Source: Paramecium tetraurelia | Lineage: Eukaryota | Assembly (NCBI GenBank): GCA_000165425.1 | Contig: CT867986.1 | Span: 573,399-637,398, forward strand | Reading direction: 5' to 3' | DNA: 64,000 nt | The notes under the pieces: model-generated | The model's input: the letters and a program-made list of their open reading frames with translations, nothing else | Told to the model about the DNA's origin: nothing | Databases searched by the model: none | Position numbers and translations under genes: made by a program | Part shown: positions 51,085 to 64,000 of the stretch, one piece after another | How positions within the stretch are numbered: position 1 is the first letter of the stretch | Layout of the letters: every line of letters begins with the position of its first letter

Positions 51085-52588
51085 TCACCAAACCTTTTAC
51101 TTTATCTTAGGCATAAGATTCATTCTTGGTAGTTGATATAAATTGCTAGGTCTTTTTTATGCATTTTGTGAAGGTGGCTTCAAACCTGAATCAATTTTAT
51201 TAAATTTTGATATTTTCAGAGGAGATACCATATTTTTAACTCTGTTTGATAAACTTCTAGACTCACTATTTCTATCTTGAATATTAGGTAATGTGTTAAC
51301 TCTAGAGCGTATTTCCATTGATTCATCATCACTATTACTTTATTCACTATGCCTTCTTTTATCATTCAAATTTTGATATTTAAGAATGAAATTTTAAGGT
51401 TCTATTTATTTCTTAAAGATATCATTTTTTAACACTTCAAGAGGAGTGTTAGTATCACTCAACTGCAATTCAAAATCAATTAAAAGTAATTGTTAAAGTA
51501 GAATTTCTAATTCCTTGCTTGTTTATTAGAAATTTAATATGCTTTTGATATCATCCATTTGACTAGGCAAATTGAATTGATTAAACTAATAGCCAGTAAG
51601 TAATCTTATCAAAATGATTCCCAACTGTTGTAGATCAGAAGTGTGGGCTTTGTCATTCTTTAAGGATGGTCTTTAACTGTACATTTTTTTAGTAGAGTTT
51701 CTTGCTGCATTGATTGACATCACTTTGGAATAATGTAATAAGCATAAGGAATCCATATCTTATTCACTCTTGAATCCTATAGCTTTTAGAGTGACATCGC
51801 CATGTATGAATCCTTTCTTATGCATTTCTTGTAATCCATTCAATGTTTGTTTAATGATCAGTATGATCTATTGTTGGTTAAAGGTTGTTGATGAAATTTT
51901 ACTTTCTAAGGTTCCTCCTTCAACTAACTCTTCGACGACGTAGAGATGATTGGCACTTTCGTAAACTTCCTATAGGCGAATTAAATTTTTATGATCAAAT
52001 TGTCTTTTCATACCGATTTGTTTTTTCAAAAGGTCTAACAAGTAAGGAGAATTTAATAGTTTCAATTTATCATATATTTTAACAGCATTTTACTATCCAG
52101 TTAGTTTGTCTCGAATTTTGAAAACCTTTTATAAAAATAAAGTCATAAAATACCTAAAATTAGCTTCCCTCACCTATTTTCTTGATTATTTTGTATTTTT
52201 ATTACAAATTCTTTTAGATTGTATACTTTCTTAAGACTTCAACCCAATTTTAGATGTCTCCGTAAGCATCCAGTTTTTCGCCATTTTTACTTAATCTGAA
52301 TCCTGTTTGAGAAGTTCTTGGATGGTAAACGATCTCAAGAAATAGATTCCTAACGTCAAGGAATTTCTGTTTAATTATAGAGATTATTCATACATCATCT
52401 CCATATTTTAGATAATAACCTCCGAAATAAATTGTTTTTTGGATTAATCTATTCCTATTAACAATCGAGAGTTCGTCTGACAGTTGGAATTGAATTAGTA
52501 TTTAAGGTCTTTGTATCCAGAATTCTGGACTGTCATCTAAGATAGATTATGATAAATTGATGGCTTTGTTAATTTGGGATTTAATCAT
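51085..52588 (-). CDS. Kinase-like protein with PH-like N-terminus (probable pseudokinase)
   Basis: IGEGSQF, AVK and HGDVT present; the DFG position reads LHY/HYS; no APE. Confidence 0.7.
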
Positions 52589-53159
52589 TTAAATAATATA
52601 ACATATTTCAGAAGAATAATTATCAATAGTAGGGTCTTTAGAATTTACAAATGTACTTAAATAAGAACATAAGATTTAGTTTTAGACAGAAAAGACTAAT
52701 TGCAATCAAATTGTTGCAGTAAATACTAATTTATTGATTTAAATTTAAAGTCGTCAATAATTTTATGCTGAACACCTAGTATGATGAATCAATCCATATT
52801 TTTCAAGTAATAAACTTGGTTTGAATACATTTATTTAAATAATAAGAGTTGTTTGCGATTATATTTTCTATATATATTAGTTTAAGAATCTTGAGATTAA
52901 AGTATTGATTGCAATTCTCTTATATTGATATCAAATATCATATTACTTATTGTAAAGGCTTTGAAACTTTGTGAATTGTATATTAAATGTAATATGCAAG
53001 GAATGTTGTTGACTCATCACAAGATATAGATGGACAAGGATGTCGAATCAAGAAAAAGATTACCAATTTTGTGAATATAATAATATAATAAATGAACAAA
53101 TAGAGGAAATATATTTTAAATCTTTTATTAAAAATATATTTTAAAAAACCAAAAATATT

Positions 53160-53580
53160 ATGACTGACTTGAAAGAGAAGAAAGTAGAAGATGAACAATA
53201 AACAAAAAAAATTAGAATGATTGTTACATCTAGAAGTGCTTAAGATTTGGAAAATTTCACTAATTAAGTTATTGAAAAGACCAGAGGAATTCAAGTAATG
53301 ATTACATTTCAACATTAAGAGAGATTAAGGTGCACAAGTTGTATTCAAAGGACCAGTTAGAATGCCAACAAAGCATCTTAAAATGACTGTCAGAAAGAGT
53401 CCTTGCGGTGAAGGTTCAAAGACTTGGGATAGATTTGAAATGAGAGTATTAAAATTATTTAACATCTAGATTCACAAAAGAGTAATTGACTTCTAATGCA
53501 CTTTACCAACTTTCAAGGATATTACAAACTTCAAGATTGGTCCAGGAATTAATGTTGAATTAAACGTAGAATAATAATGA
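53160..53580 (+). CDS. RPS20: 40S ribosomal protein S20 (uS10)
   Basis: '[40 protein letters not shown]'. Two introns. Confidence 0.97.
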
Positions 53581-54026
53581 TTAGTGATAATATTAAATAA
53601 TACATTAAATCTAAATACATTAATATAATTAGTAATATTTATTAATAGGAGTCTAACTCAAACAAACTAATTAAGCCTTCCCTAACTTTTACATCAATCA
53701 TATGGAACATTATAATTCAAGTTAGTCTTCACTACATAGCTGATTTGAAAATTTACATAAAATTGCATTGAGATAATAAAAAATCCAGTTATTATGAAAT
53801 TCATTTGAGATAATATGGTTGTAATCCATCTTAAAATAGAATTAGAAGAAACTATCATAAGAATTTTAAAAAATTGGAAGAATTGTTCAAAACGATATTA
53901 AAGCAATTTGATCTATAAATTTTGTTGAGGGAATAATTCAATAGGAGAATCTAATAATCTTAATAAACAGGAAATAAATTGACCATACTAAAGGATTAAT
54001 GATTTAATATATGAATTTAAAATATA

Positions 54027-55520
54027 TCACTCTTTTAATTTTAATGTCTACAAATCTAATCTTCTTAAATATATGATCAACAAAAAGGCAAACAAAAATG
54101 TTCCAAAAATCATCAAGGGCTCTCTTAATATTGATATTCCAGAAAATTTATAAGTGATCTAAGTTAGAATATTATTATACTATAATTTGTTTATTATCGA
54201 ATTGGCTTGTTGTAGTTTTATCCAAAATGATTGTAGGTCTGCCAACTGTATCAAAGTAAGAAAATAATAATGTGTCATTCCTTTCAACTTACAAAGGCAA
54301 ATCAACTCGGATGTCATAAGCTCCTTCGGGTAAGGAAATTTAAAAGTTATATGAGTCAGATACCATTTCCTTGACAGAGAAAGGGAAATTCAAAGTTAAT
54401 TTAAAATTATTTCCATCTTATTCTAAGTATCTAAGTGATATTGATGTGAAATACTTTTTTGTTGGTAAATTGTACCCTAAAGTAAAATTGCTTCTCCATC
54501 CTCCAAATATTGCAAATCTGGGTCTTAATTAGATAAGGGCTTAATTTTCCCCATTAAGTTTCTTAGATAATCAATTAAGAAATGATACCCCTTTAGCAGC
54601 ATTTGATGTTGAAATGTTTCCTATCTCATCCCTATAGTAAACACCCCAAGAATCATATGGGAGTGATGCAGACAATTATTTCAAAGAGTGTTTGCCCACA
54701 TTTGGATTGTATTTATTAAAATTAACTCTTCCGAATTCACCTTTCAACTTTGCTCCTTGATTTTCAATTGAATAGTTTTCTTCAATTAAAATATTGCCCC
54801 AATGAGATACTTCTATGATTTTAGATGCCTTTGTGAAAACAGTCATTGGTGTGTTGTTTTCTAAATGGATTGTGTGAATCTAAGTCGAAAAAGCCTTAAT
54901 GTCTTAGTAAGGTCCAAATTCTAGAAGTGAATTTCTCTGAGTAGCTGATTTTAGAGTATAAGAGCTATAGGTAATGTGTATATTTACATAATTTTTGGAG
55001 TTTCATAATAAGTTATTTGATTTTGAACAAAATAAGGAGTGAAGAAATATACGGAATCCATAAATTGGACTAATTATTCATCCTATTTATTATTAATCAC
55101 AGAATACCTCAACTCCAATTTCTTTAGGCATTGGTTTGAATCGTTTATAATAATATTCATTTAATTCTACTTCTTAATCTGTAGAAGGTTCGATTGATTT
55201 CTATAATGTAAATTCATAGACTGTTGCATTCTATTTGTATTTTACATCCACATCTTCTATTACTCTTTTTGCATTGCTTTCCTCTATATTGACATGATAT
55301 AATTTATCTGACAGTGCACTATGGATTGTATAATAAATCTTTTCAATTGGAATGACTCCATCATTTTTAAAATTAATCTTAAGATGATGTTAATCGTTAC
55401 TTTAGATTTGATGTAGACATATCTATCAGTTAATTACACTGTCCTCTCAATATTTGAAATGAAAAAGTTTTTTTGAATTCTTAGTGATGATGCTAATGCA
55501 ATAAATATGAAAAGCAACAT
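54027..55520 (-). CDS. RPN1: Ribophorin I (oligosaccharyltransferase subunit OST1)
   Basis: Signal peptide, 'EVSHWGNILIEENY', 'YYRDEIGNISTSN', 'RPRFAIFGGW', 'YLE..GK', 'YFDTVGRPT', 'REPL', C-terminal KLKE. Confidence 0.93.
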
Positions 55521-56144
55521 AATTAATTATTATTTATTTTGCAATAATATTTGATAACTCTTTCTTTTATTTATTTTCCGAATTCTTAGATTTTTTAAGC
55601 AGCCATAAGTGTTTTTTCAGTTTTTTAATACTACTTCAAAATTTAGTTTATTGTGGCAAGAGAGGCATCGTTTGTTTAGGTCTTTTAATTAGGCCACAAA
55701 TAATATGAATTCTTTATAAAATTATTATAATTTTATTCAAATTAATCCAGTAAGATTGTTTGTAAGATATTAATGTAATATAAAGAGGAAACAATAAGAT
55801 ACAATTGATTATTTAATAAAAATTTTTTACAATGTAAATAATTATTATTATAAATTATATATATTTATTATAATTTATCATGGTAAATCGATGCAATTTA
55901 TTTAATGACGGATCATACGATTTATTTCTCATTAAAATTATATAAATGTATATAATCCCTTATAATGAATGGTTGCTCTACACTTGTCTAAAGTCTCCCT
56001 GATCTCCTCAAGAAGCTAATGTTAGTGGACTTTTATAATGATTTTTTATAAAAATATATGTTTAATATACTTTTAGTTTAAAAAGGAATGTTAAAAAAAA
56101 GGATTTGACATTAACATAAAAAATAATGGAGAGTATATTACAAA

Positions 56145-56609
56145 TCAATTCTTCTCTTCTTATTTCGTTACTACCACTTCACTTTTGTTCTCGTTTGGGA
56201 TTCCATTTCTAGATAAATTAAACTTATTACTTTTTATATTGGACGTCCTTGATGTCTTTCATAGATAAGAATATCTTTTTTTTCGTCTATTTTTGAGAAG
56301 AATTTTGGTTGTTAGACTTTGTTTCTTTTGATTTTTTGATGACTTTCGATATTTTCTTGGATTTAGATAGTTCAAATGAACTTTGTTCATCATTCATTAT
56401 AGTATTCTGCTCGATTATTTGGGTTTCTTGAGGAGATCGGGGTTAAATCTAAGGACTTGACTACGCTTGGAGAGAGCAAGCAGTTCTAAACAAACATTAA
56501 GGGTAAAAGCTTACCTTAGAGCTATCAACGAGTTGAATTAAACGAGTTATTGAAGCAAAAGTTGTTGCTGAATAAGAAATTGTTGATCATAGAGCAAGAA
56601 TGAATTCAT
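56145..56609 (-). CDS. Small hypothetical protein
   Basis: MNSFLLYDQQFLIQQQLLLQQLVQF...; two canonical tiny introns keep the frame to TGA. Confidence 0.55.
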
Positions 56610-57122
56610 AATTTACAAAAGAATATTTAAATCACAAGATTCGAACCATATTCACTTATAATGCATGAAATACGTATTATTAAAATTAATACTGTTACAA
56701 TCAAGTGTGCACAATTTATATTATCAACTATTAATTTATTTCAATACAAAGAAGCAGAGCATCAGCCAATCTAAATTAGTTGATTATAATAAATATCTTT
56801 TTTAACTTGACAACTGTCAAATAAAATATATAAATATTTTAAAATTTATATAATTTAGTTAATTTATAATATAATTTACTTTATTTTAAATAAATTTGTT
56901 TTATCATCTTATATTACTTTGAATCCTATGAAATTTATGACTCCCAATAATACATTTGTACATTCCAATCAATCTTATGAATGTATAAAATGGGTCATGT
57001 TTGTTACAATGATCCTATTTTTATTGATACTCCCCTGAGATCTTTGAAAATAGAGTCTATATCTACATATTTTTCGATATAAACAAACAAAATCAGAGCC
57101 TCTTTAATATTATTTAATTAAT

Positions 57123-58059
57123 ATGAATTAATTTAATCAGAATATATTATTTGCTTTTTGGCAATCCACTCCAATAGTAAATAAACTTCTTATAATATTT
57201 GCTGGAATATTTTGGATTATTGAACTTTTTATTGGTGATTAGCTCAAATTTTAGCCAATTTCATTGTAATATGTTTGTATTTGGCAATTGATAACATCAG
57301 CATTTGTTTAAGGTATTGGATAAATTGTAATGCATAGGGTCTCTTGTGTCAATCATCTTTAATTTATGTTGTTTGCCTGATCTCAACAATACAGAAAGAA
57401 GATTGGGGAGTATTTTGTATTTATTAGAATTTATAATCAAAAACAGTATTGGAATGGTATTGTTTCATTAAATACATAGGCATGTATCTTTTTAATAGTC
57501 AGATTATATTGTTTATTTGATTATGATGAAGAGATGATGCATTCCAATCATTTTGGTTTTTGGAATGTCGCGGTTTATTTTATTACAACCAAGTACTTAA
57601 CCATTAAAATCTTAGAGCACTTCACAAACCTAATGAGGAAACAGAGTTTTTATTTTTCCCATTAGTATTGAAATCCAGATATTATTTAATCTCCTTGCTA
57701 TTGTTTTTATAAATATTTAAACAAACTCGGTGTTCGGTGTTAGTTTTTGCTTTCATTGCTTTTCTAGAGTTTATAATATATAAAGGACCCATGTTTAGAT
57801 TGCCTAAACGTTTTATTGAATCAATAGAGAAGAAAGCTTTTCTATAAAAATACATTTCAAGATAAGATTTCATTCCTATTGATCAAGCATATGACTTAGT
57901 ATTTTCAGGAACACAGAAGATTGAATTTCAAATAGAAAATTTGAATAAAGATTTGGAGCTATCTCCTACTGGGTATTGATATTAGTTTAATTTATAAGTT
58001 AGATGAGTAATTCTCAAGAAAAAGTTCAAACTGAAGATGACAGTATGCAAATAAAATGA
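57123..58059 (+). CDS. Rhomboid-superfamily membrane protein (probably a pseudoprotease)
   Basis: 'TPIVNKLLII', 'IWQLITSAFVQGSLVSIIFNL', 'ERRLGS', 'HFGFWNV'; several introns. Confidence 0.65.
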
Positions 58060-58228
58060 ATTTATTATCTAAGTAATTTATGAATAAATTACTGATGTGT
58101 TCTCATGTCTTTATTTAAGAAGAGCATCTACTCCTTTATATTAATCTTGTTAATCATTCTCTTCTTGAAATAATTAAATTATTTTATAACATATTTTTCT
58201 TATAAATATTTATTGAAATAATACAATT

Positions 58229-59312
58229 ATGAATTAAGTAAGTGTTCTTTGCTAGAATGATAATTGTTTCGATTAATTAATCAAAAGAGTATGTAAAAAC
58301 AAGAGTTGTAAAAACAGACTAATTTGTGATAGATGTTTGAATGACCATAAAAATCATGTAGAAGACTGCTTCTTAATTTGTGATATTCCTTAATAAATTA
58401 ATAAAATATATAAATAGTAAAAATCTGCATTGGCAGATATGGAAACAGCAATAGAAGGATTCCTGAAAAAAGTAAGAATGTAAATAGAATAAAAATTTGC
58501 TTTTAAATACTGCCCTATATTTTAAATTGAATTATCCCCAAATATTTTAGATTGGACATCAACAGATTTTTATTAGTTTTCCTAAAGTCTATCTCATCTG
58601 GACTTTGAATCAAAATATTTTGATAAAGCTTTGAGTGAAAAATTAGATCAATTAAATTCCATGAAATTTGATGAAAAATCACATGAACAACTATTCGTTC
58701 CCAATTAATCTTAGGCGAGAAACAAGATAATCATATCAGGTTTGTCAGCAAAAATTAATAAAAATTATGGAATGAGTAATTTTTAACGATAAATCTTAAG
58801 GGAAAATGTTTTTAAGTCAATTGATATTAGAGATAATTAATTAATTGCTGGAACTGACATCGAAAAATTGTCAATTCTCACCCCAAACCTACTTTATTTA
58901 GCATAGGATTAAATAAAATTGGTATTCAAATATGAAGGGGATTTATTATATAAGGATGGAAATAGTAAGTTTGGATTGTTTACAGGGACATTAAATAAAT
59001 GCAGCTTATCTGAAGAAGACAATGAAGGAAATTTAATTCTAATTAATGATTAAGGATATTATGTTTAGAAGAAAACATAATTACTTGAATAAGATGAAGT
59101 TGAATTGCTATTTCCTGATAGTGATAATAATACATACATGCTTGTTTTTAATAAATAAATAGATAATTAATCCTTATCCTTAATAAATTTAAGAGTATTT
59201 ATTTATGTTTATTTAGAACAATAAAAAAGCAGAAATTTAGATAAAAAGATAATTACTATATGCTTACTTTTGTTTTAGTTTATCATGTGAAGCAAAAATT
59301 CAAATTCTATGA
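58229..59312 (+). CDS. Zn-finger (B-box-like)/coiled-coil protein with beta-rich C-terminal domain
   Basis: 'CQNDNC...VCKNKSCKNRLICDRCLNDHKNH' N-terminus; one intron near 59194-59216. Confidence 0.55.
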
Positions 59313-60143
59313 TTTATTATATCAAATATCAAATTTTTATAAACCTAAGTAGAATCATTTCAAATCCTAAATCATCCATTTTTCTTAATTAAAGGATATT
59401 CATTAAATTAATAAGGATAAACCATAGGTTGAGACACTTTTATAGGATACAAAAATAAAGGATGAAGTGATTGCTAATTCTATATTTATTTTAATAAAGC
59501 AGCTAGTTTATGAAAAAAAAAATTTTTTACATAGAACTCATAGAAATCCTATTCTAAAAATTATTCCAAAATTTGAACTAAAAAGCAGAGGATACTAATT
59601 CCTAAGGTTAAAATAAATTTTGAGATAAATCACCCCTCAATTAAAAATAAGTTATGTTAAGAATTAATTCTGATTCTTTATTAAATCCTCCAATATGAGA
59701 ATCTGATAAAGCCCTTGATTTGTAATTTAAGACCAACTAAAGAGAAAATAAAAGGGAACAAAAATAATAATAGTAAACTGTAGATGGACACCTTCAAATA
59801 AGAGTAAATAAAAAATATTCTTGCTCATCTAATGTAATATATTAGACTGTAATTTTGTTAATTGATTTTATCTTCAGCGATTGCTTCTTAATTCCTTTAA
59901 ATAGAGGAATAAATTGGCTGTATTTATTCTCTTCTTAATTTTCATTACAAATTATCAATTTGAGACATTATCTATAATTATTAACTATTGTAGATTCTTT
60001 AAAGTTTAATATACAGAAAAGAACTCAGAGCCTATTCATCATTGAATTTTTCACTTTAGCTGCATAAGGGATTTTAACTTAGCAAAGTTTACTGAAATCT
60101 TTTATTTATTTTATTAAAAATCGTGAATATATATATAATAAAT

Positions 60144-60576
60144 TCACTTTCCCATACCATTTCCCAAATCGAATTTATTAGCATACTTCTAAAACAAATC
60201 CTTATCATAATCCTATATTTTTTTTTTCAGATCTTATTTCATATTCATATATTTGCTATCTCCCATGTATGTTCTTCTCATTGCATCTTAATTTTGGAAT
60301 TCCTTGAAGAACTCATTACTTGTAACCAAAAACTAAATCATTTAGGTATTTTACTTTCTTTTTTTTCTCGACCTACTAAATACTATTGTCTTATCCTTTT
60401 TTTCTAAAATATTCGTCTAAAGTCATTCCATTGTAACTATTTGGATTAAAATTCTGGGCTGTTCTGCTTTAAATTGCTGTTCGATTTCTTTGAGAATTCT
60501 GATTTGTCATTCTTCTTTTTTCTAATCGAGAACATTTAGATGTCTCAGGTCTTTATTCTAGACGCTCTTAACTCAT
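60144..60576 (-). CDS. Small hypothetical protein
   Basis: MSQERLEQRPETSKCSRLEK...; one 22-nt intron; ends FDLGNGMGK*. Confidence 0.5.
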
Positions 60577-62215
60577 TTTTATTGAAAAAATTAATATAAT
60601 TTACTCATCTGTTAAGAAATTTAATTCATAATCATCTTAATCTATATATCTATCTAAACAAGACGTTACTTCATAACAAGAGCTTCTTTATAAACTCTAA
60701 ACGAAGATGATCAAGGAAATAATTCTTATTCCCATATTCTTTAAAATGATACCAATTAAAAATGAACTTCTCTAATCCAAGTTTAGAAATCAAATGAAGC
60801 GATTAGACCATACATAGGATTGATTATATAAAGTAAGTTCTTGCTTCAGAGACACTCCAAATTAAAATATATTTTAGATGGAATGAATAAATAATAATTT
60901 TGAAAGTATACTATTATTTTTGAATAGATAAATTTAGTAAAAACATCTAGCTTCAAACTTAAAATAAAATTTCCATATGCAATAAAATTAATAATTGGTC
61001 AACTATTAAACAAAGAGCTGAATTTTATCTATTTAATTTTAAAATTATTAATTTTTCAGAGCAAAATCAGCTTTTTTTTTGACATTTATATAAGAGTTCA
61101 TATAAATTACATCACAGCAACAATAATAATTTCTATTTTGTTAAGATTTCATAATATTTAAAGAAAATATTCTTGTTTAGACTTGATTAATATTAAGAAT
61201 TAAAGGTTTGTTAGAAATATCAGCAGATGAAATATAAAGCTGTAGAAACTTTATAGGGTATAAATCAAATCTCTTGAAATTCTATAAAATAAACAATTAT
61301 AATAGAATTCTTAACATAAAAGTAATAAAAACTGTCAAATAAAATCTAATTAGATTAAGATAGGACTCTTTTTAATTTTTCTGTTAAATTGGATGAAGAA
61401 ACACCTAAATAATCTATTAAATATCTATGAATGTCTTGATATTGAAATTAATTTCTTTGTTGTATTAATATTAAAATATATAAATGAATATTGTTATCTG
61501 AAAACAATATTTATAACTCGTGATTCTTATATGTAAGTTAACATAGCATTGTTTTAAAATTGAAGATACTTAAAAAAATTAAGATTTAACATTGACAGAA
61601 AACAAAAGAAAAAATATTAACTCATTAAAACTAATAAATGTTCCTTTTGCTGATTACTAATATAACAATTTATTTCAATGCTGAATTAACATCAGAAGTT
61701 TCAACAGTGGGGGTTTGCTCCAAATTTATTGATAAGTTATGAAGAAATTGATTTATGTAATATATACTGCAATAGTAAGCAACTAAGAGTTTTTTTTAAT
61801 GGTCTAGTTTTCTAACTTACTATCAATTAAAATAGTTGAATTTGATTTAGTTATTATCTGATTTTGGTTTATATAGGGTAATATGTAAGAACTTTTCAAT
61901 AAAGTAATTATTAGATTGAGATATTCATTTTAGTATTAATGTTTATTGGTTAACCCAATAACTCAACATTCTTATTGAAAAGAATACCAAGTGAACTTAT
62001 TTTTAACTATTTCTTACTTAAGGACTTCAAACGGAATTACCTAACATTCTACATATTCCAATAGGTAATTTATATTAAAAATGTAATTAAAATTAACAAA
62101 AATGGCGTCAAATTGAAAGTTTGTAATTATATTATTTGTTTATATTTTCACTGGAAATTATATTTTATATTATAAAAACACAGTATAATTATGAAAAAAA
62201 GATAATAATAAAAAT

Positions 62216-62656
62216 ATGTAGGGCACAGTTTAATAAGTATTCTTGCAATTCACTGCAAATAAACCAGAAATGGATGGAAAAACCTTTGCTAAAGTTTCCA
62301 AAGACTGTCATCTCCTAGATAAGAAATTGACATCTACAGATGTAGATTTAATCTTTGCTAAAATCAAACCTACACCAGCAGCTAGATCAATAACCTATGC
62401 TTAATTTGAAAAGGGTTTATAAATGATGGCTGAAAAGAAGGGAGTTGGAATTCAAGATGTTCAGAATCAAATTCTTAATGCTGGTGGACCTCACTTTTAG
62501 GGTACAAAAGCCGATGCTGTGAAATTCCATGACGATAAAAACCTATACACAGGAGTTCATGCAAATGGTGGACCATCAACAATAGATAAGAATCACGGGG
62601 GTTTGAATACCATTTGTGACAGATCCTAAGCAGATGTGAGAGGAGTTAAAAAATGA
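62216..62656 (+). CDS. TPPP/p25-alpha tubulin polymerization-promoting protein
   Basis: 'EMDGKTFAKVSKDCHLLDKKLTSTDVDLIFAKIK', 'KFHDDKNLYTGVHANGGPSTID', 'DRSQADVRG'. Confidence 0.92.
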
Positions 62657-63146
62657 TAATATTACATGATTATATTACACAATTAATTATTAAATAATAA
62701 AGATTTACATTCTGAAAATATCAGTGATTTTATATTTCTAGAAAGAAATGTTTCTTAAATACTGTCTTCTATATCTGAGAATTTAACAGGAGTCTCTATT
62801 TTAAAAGGAACCATGGATTTTAATTACCCTAGAATTACATTGTTGAATACGACTAATTTTATTCCTAAATATAAAGTTGTTAATTATTGTAAATGGTGGG
62901 GTGGCCAACTAATAAATTAGATAGCAATAGAATAAATTATAAATATCAATTTTTAAAGTTATATTAATTATTTGGATGGATTCTTTATTTAATAAAAATT
63001 GATACCGGTCTTAATTCTCATATATGCGACTTATATGATGAATTCCTTAAGATACACTTTTGCTCAAATTGATATTTTTTTGAAAATTGTAAGGTTTTAT
63101 ATCATCTGTCATTATTTTTAATTCACTTATTTAATATTATAGAAAA

Positions 63147-64000
63147 ATGGATGAGAAAATTAAAGATTCTTTTTTTGATGATCCTGAAACTACCACCTTC
63201 TGGATTAATAGTAGTCTACCCAGTTAAGATTAAATTTTACATTTGCAAGATTCTATGTACATCTAAAAAGATTAAGAGTTTCACAAATGCACCTTAGGTA
63301 TTTAGTATCATAACTTACTTTATTTTAAACAATAAGTAAATTGTAAACAATAACTAATAGACTGTTTAAAAATGGGTTAATTTGAACAATTCTACAATGG
63401 AATACATCAAACATTAAACTGCAGGAGTGGGAATTAGAATTTCAAAACATAAACAATACTTCGAATTCTTCGGAGATGTTGAACCTTGGTATAATTATTT
63501 GAGATAATACTGTGTATAAAGAAATTTTTCCTAAAGTTACACTTTGTTAAAGAAGATAGGACAAGGAAATTTTGCAGAAGTAAATAATTTTCTTATTGTA
63601 GGTTTACAAGGCAACTAACAAATTGGATGGAGCTGAATATGCCATCAAATGCTTCAGAAAGAGTAAATTGAAGGAGAAAATTGATAGATTATCAATGATC
63701 AAAGAAATATCAATCATGAAGAAAATGTAACATGAGTCTGTCATTAAATTATACGAGGTTTATGAAGGACCGGAGTGTTTGTACTTGGTTTTGGAATATT
63801 TGAGAGGTGGAGAAATTTATTAGTATATCAAGAAGTCACATCCCTTTTCAGAAGAGAAATGCTAAAAATTAATCTATAGAATATTGAAAGCGGTTCATTC
63901 AATACATGAAAAGGGAGTATTACATAGAGATCTCAAACCTGAAAATATTATGCTAAGAAACAAAGATGATCTTGATAATATTTGCATTGGAGATTTTGGA
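63147..64000 (+). CDS. Ser/Thr kinase (CAMK-like) with PH-like N-terminus, truncated by the window edge
   Basis: [33 protein letters not shown] at the edge. Confidence 0.9.

Noticed and set aside
60600..62200. Long AT-rich gap as a retained IES or transposon remnant
   Set aside because: No terminal inverted repeats, transposase motifs or provable TA-bounded ends are visible; a MIC/MAC read comparison would be needed.
1..64000. The supplied six-frame ORFs as whole genes
   Set aside because: They were computed with TAA/TAG as stops and without introns. They are fragments of larger code-6 genes or antisense shadows (e.g. 52983-53315 is antisense to RPS20, 44051-44266 to RPL7, 7196-7396 to the CAP gene).
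1..64000. CRISPR array, rRNA, telomeric (G4T2/G3T3) repeats, prokaryotic operons
   Set aside because: None seen; the window is eukaryotic intron-containing DNA without regular repeat-spacer structure.

Overview
Eukaryotic, very AT-rich, gene-dense DNA that reads as ciliate macronuclear sequence, most likely Paramecium. TAA and TAG encode Gln and TGA is the only stop (translation table 6), introns are tiny (about 20-30 nt, GT..AG), and intergenic gaps are often under 50 nt. The supplied standard-code ORF track therefore shows only gene fragments, so I re-read genes by hand in code 6; boundaries are manual and some are approximate. About 40 genes are supported, including: a PAS/TM protein, a TMEM181-like protein, an ataxin-2/LsmAD protein, an ABHD17-like hydrolase, a CAP protein, TBCA, several kinases, three tandem CNBD-type K+ channels, Sec12, an AlkB-type alkane hydroxylase, a CFAP97-like protein, beta-carbonic anhydrase, an OSCA/TMEM63 channel, CK1, a kelch protein, RPL7, RPS20, ribophorin I, a rhomboid-like protein and TPPP/p25. 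There is also a tRNA-Gln(CUA) that decodes UAG and a decayed CFAP91 copy. Most notable: (1) an intron-containing bacterial-type AlkB; (2) a kinase with a putative bacterial YbjN/T3S-chaperone-like N-terminal domain; (3) a stand-alone chromo-shadow-like protein; (4) K+ channels with charge-poor S4 segments, one of which is broken by two +1 shifts that both sit exactly at a TGA and whose stop codon overlaps the Sec12 start (ATGA). No CRISPR array, transposon, rRNA or telomere was seen.
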